Shown here in pieces: positions 52,204-64,000 of a DNA stretch of 64,000 bases. Made by a program: the position numbers and the translations under genes. The DNA is from Chrysomallon squamiferum (taxonomy: Eukaryota; Animalia; Mollusca): the NCBI GenBank assembly GCA_012295275.1, contig CM022666.1, forward strand, positions 14,074,001 to 14,138,000. Direction: 5' to 3'. Under the pieces are notes generated by a model. The model made no database searches, was not told the DNA's origin, and saw nothing but the letters and a program-made list of their open reading frames with translations. Positions within the stretch are counted from its first letter, which is position 1; every line of letters begins with the position of its first letter.

Positions 52204-53250
52204 ATCACCTCAGTTTACGTATCTCATCCTCTATCATATGCCATGCACACACACGTGTTCAGTCGAACATGCACAACAGAAACGTAGGCTCGTAGACACA
52301 TACGCACATCACATGCACGCATCCTCACGTGTAAGTAAATCTTCTGAGTGCCTTCTTTCTTCTTCTTTTAAATCAGTGATTCTGTGACGTTAGCTTTAAA
52401 GCCTGTTTCTTTATAGTTTATTTTTGTTAAAATTGAATAAATATGTTTGTTTTCTTGTTATTAAAATTATGAAACATTGTTTGTATGTTTTTTGTTTAAA
52501 ATTCTTTGTTTGCTTCTTTGTTTTCCGCTATAAACAAATTTCCTTAAAATGCCCAGAAGAAATTCCACGGTCAAGGACGTTTCATTCAGATGGGTGGAAG
52601 GTCATTGCCCTACTTGCTAGAATCGTACCCTAAGGAACTTGGCCCTGAGTAAGGAACCTGTCTATATTAAAATGTATTGGTGTCATAGGTAAAAATAGCC
52701 CAGAGGTATCCATAGCTTGATGGGTAATCAGAAAAATGTGCATAACGAATCATACATCCATCATGGATAAAATTAATCTAATTTTCTATCAAAACTGTCT
52801 ACAACATTTAACTTGTACAAATAAATATTTGTCTTTGGAATGAAACTGAAATGGCTATAGAAGACTGTTAGTTATAATTTAGCTTGAAAATAAATGTATA
52901 AAGAAAAATATAATTGTATGTTATGTACGTTACTGCGATGGATGTTACGTTTTGTTTTAAGACACAAAATGAAATTCTGCGTCGTAGAAAGACGTATCAA
53001 GTTTACTGTTGTTGTTATAAAAATGTGTTATTGCATGATCGAGACGTGGATTTGATAACTTAACTAAACGTTTGTAGACACTTGGAGAACAACTCTTAGA
53101 ATATGTACAGATATTTGCATTTACTTACGAACGTTCAGACATAAATGAGTGAATAGCACAGACTGGTATTTCGTCAGTTCACAATACTAACGAGTGTTTT
53201 CTCACATACGTATTGCTTTGACATTCTTCTACAATTAAAAATATTATATC

Positions 53251-53286
<36 letters not shown>

Positions 53287-53362
53287 CATATATACAGATA
53301 GATATAGATAAATAGATAGACAGACAGAGATAGAGATAGAGAAAGACAAGACAGACAGAGAG

Positions 53363-53470
<108 letters not shown>

Positions 53471-53591
53471 CAACTTCCAAAATAAATTCTTGGCAAGTTT
53501 TATAATAGTCAACGGATAATAAAACATTACCCGATTTTAGTTTTTTTTAACAAAAACATAAAAATTATAATTTAAAAAATTTAAATTAAAA

Positions 53592-53626
<35 letters not shown>

Positions 53627-54683
53627 AAAATTGAAACAAAATGCAACAGACAAATGTTAGGTCTGCCAGAAGGGTAGTGACTCTTAAAGGTGAGTTGTTA
53701 CGACATATTGGATAGTCTCCCCTGATTGACGCCAGCGTAGAAAAGCTTATCATCTAAAATGGGATCAGAGCGGTGTAGTGAAGTTGTGGCGTTTTTATTT
53801 ATTTATTTACATATTTGTATTTATTTATTTATTTATTTGTATTTTCTAATAATAGTTATAAGAAAGCCACCCTTACCCATACACATCTAGTATAAGCAGG
53901 TAAAACTGAAATTTACGTAAATCTGGACTTTAACCTCATTCTCATCTGCATTTAATTACTGTTTCAATGGTCGTCGTCTGCTTCGTTATCACAAAAACCT
54001 GGATATTAATTACAGCGCATTTTTAATTGGATCAATTAATTAACACAACGCAAATTCCGATGAAACCATTACAATAAGATACCGCGAGATATGTATTATA
54101 TGGTGACGTCTGCTACACACCATTTTATTATTTATGTGACCTAAACTGCGTGGAAATGAATATTTATTTTGACGTAGATGTAAATACAGTGATTTCGGGT
54201 TCACAGGGTTAAACAACTGGGAGAGTTAACCTTTGACCTGACTGGTGTTTACTACTGATACCATGTCCTGTAGAAAGAGGAATAAAGTACAGCTGTGTAT
54301 ACTATCAAACCAGCGGAAGAGTTCCTTGTTAATAAGCTGTAAGACCTGTATTAGGAATGAAGAAGATGACGGGTTACTTCTCTGGATTCCACAGTCATAA
54401 TTAACGACACGCTTTTTCATTTGTTTACGTCTATGGCATTCAAGTTAGTCGATACAATTTTGTAGTCGTTTGTCCACGCATTCAGTTAATCATTCATTCT
54501 TTTTTTTTTTCATTCGTTATTCATTAAATCAGTTATTTATTCATTTATTCAGTAAATAATCAGACGCTTGCACTACTGCTATTTGTGTTATTGTAGCATC
54601 TGTCACTTCAAGTACTACTACTGACACCACTTATTACTAATGCACCTATTACTGTTGTTATTACTATTACTACAACTATTACC

Positions 54684-54734
<51 letters not shown>

Positions 54735-54812
54735 GATGCTGCTGATACCACTACAACTAATACTATTACTACTACTTCTAACAACAACAACATCTATAAC
54801 AACAACAACAAC

Positions 54813-54850
<38 letters not shown>

Positions 54851-55387
54851 CAGCAGCAACAACAACAACAACAAAATAATTACCTTATAATTCTGGTTGA
54901 ATTTTATTTCTAAGAAACGTACCGATGTCACATTTCGATTCCACATATTAAAATACACATAACAGTAAATGTACAAACAAATCAAATCCAAACGTAATGG
55001 TACATAGTAATAAAAATAACAATTTGTACAACTATTCACAGTTCTGTTACGTAAATCTTCTTCTACGTAACGGGGTAATAAACAAATACATGACGTCATA
55101 CAATGATTACGTCACAAAATGGGTTTCATCGCCTTTTCTTTTTAATATATTACTTTACTGCTGTTTGCTACAAATAGTATTATAAATAATAATGTTTTAA
55201 GCATTCCAATAATTATTTCATTGGATTTTGCACCTAACCCAGCCTGTATAGGATTTTTGGACTATATATATTGCAACAAGTATTGAGGTTGGCATATTAC
55301 ATAATTGTTTTGTATTGACACAATTTTCGCATTCAGGGCTGATTGTATTTTCCATATTACTATTACTTTTATTTATTTATTTATTTA

Positions 55388-55454
<67 letters not shown>

Positions 55455-56289
55455 TTACTGTTTAAAACTATTTCAATTTTAAAAAAAATAAAAAAGTGTC
55501 TAATTCGAAAATACTGAAGATAAATTCTTATTACTGACAAAACGGTACATCGAGTGAAAATTTTCTGTAAACCTAAATCATTTATGTTGTTTCTTATATT
55601 TGTATCACCTGTTATTTCTGACTGACTTTCCTTCTTTCTATCATTTTAAAAAATTTATTTTACAATTATGGTTTCAGTAAATTTTATTTCTATAAAAAAA
55701 AAAAACAATCCAAAAACAAGCATATTTTTAAAACTTTGGCTCTTAAAATTGTTAGAACAAAATCTAAAATGAATTCTAATATCTGGTAAGTGTAAATCAT
55801 TTCTTCCGTTAAAAGCTCTGGTTTTTTACTTAATATTATAATACACACATTTCTCAAGCTTCTTTACTTTTTGTACTTCTTTTTTGTTGTTTTGTTTTGA
55901 CATTTTGTAGAAAATAAGTTTTACAAATATATACATATATCAACATACATATAAATCGTTGTAAATATGCCTACATAGAACATTATATATTTCGAAGGAA
56001 ATGATAAACTATTATATGTTAGTGTTTGTGTGTATGTATTGTTATTTTACATTAAATTTGTCTTCCTCTTATACAATAAATAAATAAATAGATATCTAAA
56101 TAATTAAATAACACCAAAAAACAACAACAGTTAAACGTAAAACTATATAATAATAAACGTTTTTGGCATCTTGCTGTTCATCATGGTGCAAGCACGCATG
56201 TTATGGTACCAGACTCCGTTTGAAACAAAAAGAACCTTGATATTGACAACCTTGAAAAAAAAATGACAACAAAAAACAAACAAATTCGA

Positions 56290-56320
<31 letters not shown>

Positions 56321-59036
56321 AATTTAAATTTCATAATTTCAGCAGAAAGGTATCCACGAATGAAAAAATAAAAAAAAAAATAAAACATTAAATTACACTC
56401 CAAAACTATACTCTTATAACTACATTCCAGTTTCTAAATCAAAATAAAAACAAAATCCAATTAAATATTATCTAACATATTTTACATATTTACATTTATA
56501 TTTATTTCAGCAAACCCGACAGTTTGACTGCACCTAATACACGTGAGAACTCTTACGGAAAATACCGTTTATTCACGGAAATAATCGAAATAGACCGGGT
56601 AATTTAATATAAATATTATTAACGGATCTTTTTATTAATTATTATTGCACGTGGCTCTTAGCCAACTATTTTACGTATAAGATATATGCATTTGTCAATA
56701 ATAAATATTTTACTAATTAAAAAAAGTTAAAAAAAAAAAAAATTTAAAAATAAAAAGTAAAAAATGATTTCTCATAGACTATTATAAACTAATATGATCG
56801 AAAATATTATTAATATTTAAATAATTTAAACCATATTAAGTTCATCACATAATTAACATGAAAGCATATAATTTTGATTTTATTAACGTTCTAAATGTCC
56901 GTTGTATTGCATTAAAATTTTGATGTGGAGCAAATTACAAAAGCAGAAGAAACGAAATGAACAGACCAACAGATACTAGTAGGCAGACACTCGGAATCAC
57001 AGAAGGAAAAAAGAAAGAAAGAAAAAGAAGAAGAACGAAATAATTGTTTTTTAATCTGTGCATTTCATTTCTACACAGACCAAATCTAAAAGTGTCTTAA
57101 TGCTGTCTATTTGAGGTAAGGGATTATATATATTTAGTTTGTTGTTTTGGAAGAATTAATTTTCTAACATCATAATCAGATATTAAATTATATTTTGCAT
57201 AAGAAGAGGATATTTGTTTGACCGTAGTATATATTCTTTTCACAAAAAGACCACACACAAAATATGAAAATAAAAGGAAAAAGAAAAAGATTTAAAAAAT
57301 AGAGTGAGACCAGTCAAGTGTTAAGCATGTCAGTTCCTCATTCACACATGCAGCGTAACATGTCAAAAAGAAAAAGAAATCAGTTTCCAGACGACAGGTT
57401 TCCTGCTAGTAGTTCGCTTCAACCTGCCACAGCTAATTGTGTGAATGACTTTCAGCGACCCAGTCAAGTCTATTTTAAGTACGTGTCACACTTTGTTATT
57501 AACTGCTCGTTACTCATCCTAAATAAATTCCTGTCAAAATCGGAGTAAACGTTTTGTTTTCATCTTCATTACGAATTCGTATACATGCCCTGGTTTTCTT
57601 CACAAACGATTATATTAAAATCAGAAATTAAGATGAAACACCGAGTTTGAAGACAGCACGGAAAATTGTTACGCAGTCTTAATTTTTAGATGTTTTATTT
57701 ATTTTGATGGCAAAGCTTGCATTAATACCTTTTCTAACGACTCGACAAGAAAAATAAAACATGAATTTATAATACTAAAGAAATCTTGTTACACAAAAGC
57801 CTGCTCTGATTAACACGTTAATTTTTTCATTAAAGATTCTTTATAAGCATTTTTAAGGAACTTGATTAGAGATGTGCAAACAATTTTCCATGATCTGTCC
57901 TCTAGGAATAAAGGTGTATTGTATCAAATTTAAGGCTATAGGATAATGAATAGGAAAATATAATACTAAAATAAGTTTATTAACTTTTCTTAACCCCAGT
58001 TTCAAGAAGTTAGTCAAATCTGTTAAGAAAACTTGGAGATTATTGATATTCAGATAAGCACAGCTGTACAAACACACACGATGTGGAGACTGACGTAGTA
58101 TGACTGCTACGTCATCCCTCGATCGATGTGCAGTGTCACAAACGTAGATGTTGCAAGAAAAACAAAGCCAGTGAATCTGTATCAATAGTAGTCTCTAAAA
58201 TTGTAGAAATCTCTAAATATCGCCAGCGTATTTTCTATTTCCTATCATCTTTCATAACCTATAATTTAATACTCATTCGTTAAATCCAGTCTTGAGACAT
58301 TTAGTTTTAGGCATTTGTCGATAAGCCTTAACTATAGTTACACTGCAAAATATTTCAATTAGCTGTACATTTATTTTAGCCATGACAATACAATTAATGA
58401 TCCGTTTTCTTTACTGAAAAGTCGGTCATTTTGTTTTCTTGAGGGCAATAGTATTTACAGATTCCTTCGGGTTGAACGTAAATGCCGTTTTTTCTAATTT
58501 AATTTTCTGTTTATAGATGACATTACAAATGTTATTATTCATTTACCAGGTTCGTGATTCTGAGGACTTGAAATTAAAAAAATAAAGAGTAAAATATTAA
58601 ACATATTTTCATAAAGAAAGATCACATCTCGTTCAAGGAAATAAGATTAGAGATAGCAGTGATATGTAATAACAAGTTTCAATAATTAACATGATTTCAG
58701 TCATACTAACACTATAAATTAATGAGAAGATATTGTACATTATTCCTTAGTTTTTAGTATTATCTTATTTAAAAAAAAAAAAAAAAAAAAAAATAATAAT
58801 AACAAAAAAGTAAGAAAATGATTATTCGCATTTTGCATATCATCAGATGAAGTTAGTTTTCTAGAATGAGTGTACATTTTTATCATTTTTAGCAAATGTA
58901 ACAGAAAATTTAGAAAACCTGACCTGTAGGAAAGAAATACTAGTAAATGATGTAATAATTTAAAAGTATCAATAAATTTTAAGAGATATTAATTAACAAA
59001 AAAAAAAGACATTAAGAAAAGAAATGAAAAAGAAAA

Positions 59037-59094
<58 letters not shown>

Positions 59095-59564
59095 TGGAGA
59101 AGAAGATGATATAAAAAAGGAAGAACGAAGAAAGAAACAAGAGAAAGAAAAACAAATACAAGAAAGAAAGGAAAGATGAACAATTTGTGTTAATGACGTG
59201 AAAAGAACAAAGCGTAGCTAATGGAAACCATGTTGTTTTCAGTATTTCCTTGACAAAGTTCAGAGTTCACGTCTGCTTAAATATACGACTCAACTACACA
59301 GTAATAATGTTTTCAAACGCTCAGTAAATCATTCCATCAGATTCCGTTTATGACGTCGTTGTAGCGGCGCGCGCCAGCAGTTCAGCCAATGGGATGACGC
59401 TGTTACACTGTTCACAATTGTTGTGATTCAACTCTGACGATTACATCATCCTGGCGTGATTAATTAATTAGCCCAAATTACCTGCGATTTCGTGTATATG
59501 CGAATGGCGACAGTTAAGTCCGGGAATTTGGTTTCACCGCTAGGTTTGTGGTTTAATTCACATG

Positions 59565-59735
59565 TCAAATACCACCGATTTCACCAGCTGGATCAGAATT
59601 CAGTTTTTAGGTCTAATACCACTGATTTTAACAGTTCGATCATAATTAAGATTCAGATCAAATACCATTGATTTAACCAGCTAGATAATTTTTACGTTTT
59701 CAGGTAAAAAAACCACTGATTTCACCACACTGTTT
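59565..59735. repeat. ~47-bp degenerate tandem repeat, ~3.5 copies
   Basis: Units start at 59565, 59612, 59658 and 59705 and share AATACCACTGATTTCACCAG-like cores. Confidence 0.75.
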
Positions 59736-61424
59736 TTTTTTGTAAAATCCTGATATCCGGTTTCACCATGCTGTATTTCACCACTTGTCAATCAATGGGA
59801 AGTTCCAATATACCAGCGGTTTCACCACTCACGCGTTCTATGCAGAATTCTACACCAATGGCATCATCATTTTAAACAAAAACATAATTGCAGTGGTTTA
59901 CACGCCCATGACTTTTCTCACAGGATCAAGCCGAATTTTTTCACCGTCTGACGTTCCTGAACGGATATATTTAAGAGTATCCTTAAAAAGAAAAAGAAAA
60001 TAAAAGATAAAAAGCTGTGTTTTGACGAACAAGAAAGAATATTGTGCGATATATATCTACATCACCGTCGTCTTTCCAGTTATCATAAACAAGTTAGTTC
60101 CAAAAAATATATTCCGAATATCACTGAACGTATAAAAAAAAAAGGAGCCATATGTACAAAACCTGAAGAAAGGTACGAAGTTTCGTTTGCATTCCTTTGA
60201 AAATATATACATTTTTTTGTATTCGTCTTCTTGACAAATGTGTAAGTATTACACGAAAATCCTAAATGAAATTCTCTGTTTCTCCTCGCGTTCCACGAAT
60301 CTCTTTAGAATGATGTTGTTGATGACGTGGAAAAAAACACTTTTTGCCCAGTTTATAATATCCTGTTCCAGTTAAAAAAAAAAAAAGATGTCGAAAAAAT
60401 GTTTATTGTTGTTTTTGCAGTTTTCTGAATCAACTTTCCGTGTCAGATTCTTGTAGAAAATGTCACGTGGTTCTCTGGGTTTTCCTTCATAATCATCTCG
60501 TGTTGTTTCATCTGAAAAATAAATAAATGAATAAACAAACAAATTATAAATAAAATGATATAATAAATAAACTATAACTATTAAAAAATAATAAATAAAA
60601 TATATAAAAAATATTAAAACATAATCTGAAAAATATATAGAAAAACATTTAAAATAATAATAAAAAAGATAAAATATAAATATGATAAAAATAAATAAAC
60701 TTTTAAAAAAATAATAAAAAAAAAAGATAAAAAAAAAATAATTAAATAATTGAAAAAATATATAAAAAAAATTAAAATAATAATAATAAAAAGATAAAAT
60801 ATAAATATGATAAAATAATAAATAAACTATATTAAAATTTTCATACCGGAATATTAGTTTAGCGAAATGTTAAAATATTAACAGGTCACAATCACAAATA
60901 CGCACACACAGAGAGACACATAAGCACGCAATCAAACATATACACATTATTTTCCTGGCCTGTATAAAAAAAGAGAGAGAGAGAGAGAGAGAAGAGAGAG
61001 AGGCAGAGAGAGAGAAAGAGAGAAAACATCCAAATGAAGAGAAAACTGAGAGAGAGATATAGAGACAGATTTATCCAGAGAGAGAGAAATATATGTAAAA
61101 CTTTGAAATAGTAGAATTTAATGTGTATGTGTATCAGAGGAGCTGTTAGACATGGAGAGACAAGGGATGTTTGGGATGTAAAACATTTAAACAAATATTT
61201 GTCTAAAACTGAGAAAAAGGTTTAGAGCTGAGCAGCATGACAAAGAAAATTCAGAAAATAGAGCGTAATGCAGGTTCATTCTATCAGGATCATCTTAATT
61301 TAGACGACTTGGAAAACCAGAATGTTTGGGATTTCTTTGTTGTTGGTTTTGTTGTTTAAACAAATTTTTGTTTACTTTTGTTCATTCGTTGTTGTTGACA
61401 AAAAATGTTTTTATTTTTTTTTTG

Positions 61425-61460
<36 letters not shown>

Positions 61461-62847
61461 TATTGTTTTATTTATTTATTTTTTTTAGGATCATTTTTTC
61501 TTTAATATATGGGTAAGTTTTATAAATCAAAAATGCTGTTTTTAGATAAAATTGTAAAAAATAAAACATTTTGTTTTTTTTTTGTTTGTTTATTTATTCA
61601 TTTTATTTTTTGTATAATTTTTACATATGTTGTTGTTTTATTTTATGTTTTTATTTTTTTATTTATTTATTTAATATTAATTTTCATTTATTTGTAGAGT
61701 GACACCGAAAACGTATTTCGATTTTAGAAAAAAAAAAAAAAAAAAAAGAGAAAAGCAAGAAAATAAATAACAAATCCATTATTATTATGTATAATAGGAT
61801 TTTTATTTCTATTTTGATCTAAAGCTTGAGATCTTTGTTAAATATGATAAATTGTTTCCGTTGTTTCTATTTTTGAAGAAAATCAGTGCAGCTGCACCTT
61901 CTTGTCAGTTATTTTCCTTTTTTCTTTTTAAAGATTTATTTTTAAACAGACCATGGATCGCAAATGATTATATATCAAGTCTTGGAGTAGTAAAATTATA
62001 GTAGAATTGAGTTTCCTTCTCCAATAACAATAGTCATTTCAGTTGCAGAAGCAGTTGTAGCAGCTATGCTAATACTAGTAGTAACAGTAGTGGTGATGGT
62101 GGTAGTAATAGTAGTAGTAATAAGTAAGTAAGTAAGTATGTAGGTAATATTAAGTTAAGATAGAGGTGATCATAATGGATCATGTTAGAAGTAGTGATGG
62201 CAATTCTGGTAGAGATGATGGTAGTAATAATAGCAGTAATTGTAATAATGGTTGTAGTAATGGTAGTAAAAATAGCAATAGTAGTTGTTGTTGTAGCAGC
62301 AACTGGGGCAGTGATTACACTAATTGTTGACGTTGTTGTTGTTGTTGTTGTCACACCGCTCTCTCTCTGACAATGACTGACAGCAGAACAAAGAATGATA
62401 AGTAATGTATTTTCTCCGACACCTTGAAATTATTATCACCTGCATCTGTCATACCTTGGGTTTAGACCAGTCATGTAAAAAATGTGTATTTAGTGGTGTC
62501 CTAGCATATATTTAATCAGCAGTTGGCACACGAGAGTGATAGTAATACTTGTTTAATCTGAACTTGCCAGCCTCCAGTGGTAGCAGTTGTAATGTATAGT
62601 AATGAACACGAAAGATAAAGCCTGCTGCCATCGTATCGCGATTCTACACAGGGTATTTATTACTGCAGTGCGAGGGAAATTGGGGTTAAATGATTCTAGA
62701 AATTTTAGCGTTGAGTGCAGATGTACGCTGTAAACAAACAAAAACAGATACAACAAAAATTTAAAAATACACACACGTACAAATGCACCAGACACCCAGT
62801 GTTTGACATTCTCTCCTTTACAGACATACTCTCGCACACACAAACAA

Positions 62848-62995
62848 AATTATATACATGCACATACACATATACGTAATTATATACATGCACATACACA
62901 TATACGTAATTATATACATGCACATACACATTCATAAATATATACATGCACATACAAACATTCGTAATTATATACATGCACATACAAACATGCAT
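62848..62995. repeat. ~30-bp minisatellite (AATTATATACATGCACATACACATATACGT), ~5 copies
   Basis: Direct reading. Confidence 0.9.
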
Positions 62996-64000
62996 AATAA
63001 ACCGCAGACAAGTATGAATAAACAGTTTCAGAAATATGTGTTTCTAATGAAAGGAACCATCTGGTCTCCGATGTATTAAGGGATCTGAAAAAGAGACTTT
63101 GCTACAAAATGACGTTAGTGGGTTTTTTTTTGTTTTCCGATAATACGATTTTCTCTGAATGGTTTTTAATATTAAAACAAGCTGAGATGTCACCAACGAA
63201 ATATTCATTTATCATGGTGGATTGAAACAAAGAATAGTTTGAGAATAATAAATATATATATATATATATATATATATTATGCTTGCAGTGGTATAATATA
63301 TGAAGTTACATACTGCATTACGTCATTTGTGTTTGTCTTAACCTTTTAAAGGTGTTTGTCGTTATTGCACTGTGATGTTATTTGCAGTTTGTTGTTCGTT
63401 GTTGAATGTTACTTCTGTTCTTATTGATGAAGATTGATGTTTGTTTTTTTTTTGTTTGTTTTTATAAATCTCATGCAATCCGATCTCTAGTTTATGAAAT
63501 AAGAAAACCTGTTAACTGCAAATGTATTAATAACGTGTTTCCTAATCCTATAATCGATATTAGTGAATATTAAAAAGAAAAACATGAGAAGAAGAAAAAA
63601 GAAAAACAAGAAGAAGAAGAAAAAAAAAGAAAAAAAAAAAAGAAGAAAAAAAAGTACAGCTTTCAAAATGAAAGCCAATACGGAAATTCATTTACAACAT
63701 CCGTTTGTACTCTCGCGAGATTTTCTTGCTTTATGAGCCTAATGCGAGATTACCTGGAGGTGTCAATACTTTCCTTTATTGTTAGCACAGATTAGACGCC
63801 TCCAAACAATGTCAATAGCTTAAACGGTATTGGGGAAAACTGTAATATGAGCAAAATGTGTTTGTTTTGAATTTACTTTATGTTATATAAGAGGTATGTG
63901 TGGAATCACTATGTAAATAAGACAATGAGCTTTCCATAGTGACGTTTTCCAGTCTGTGGTTAGACAATCGAAATTTGAATCAGGTAATTTTTATCGTGAT

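Noticed and set aside
54226-54420. Short ORFs on both strands and a DR1-like TAACCTTTGACCT
   Set aside because: No homology, splice context or clustering to support function.

Overview
Eukaryotic (animal) genomic DNA: AT-rich, intron-rich and extremely microsatellite-dense. An invertebrate, probably a mollusc or other lophotrochozoan, is inferred from protein style and repeat content. Most entries in the ORF track are microsatellite artefacts. Five protein-coding genes can be assembled by hand from GT-AG exons. (1-2) A head-to-head pair of 9-exon laccase-type multicopper oxidases with ATGs about 2 kb apart. The minus-strand copy (6854-14999) has an intact ORF but its fourth copper box is destroyed (HCHxxxH to HSSVAFL). 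The plus-strand copy (17022-27707) keeps every copper ligand but has a 1-nt frameshift in exon 3 as assembled. (3) POLD3 (minus, 13 exons), head-to-head with (4) LCMT1 (plus, 6 coding exons). (5) A divergent tetraspanin with an intronless CDS (50324-51307), bracketed by a pair of inverted repeats. Also present: a TA-flanked MITE, a decayed Tigger4/MER46-like element, several minisatellites and promoter-like motif clusters. No rRNA, tRNA or CRISPR array was recognised.
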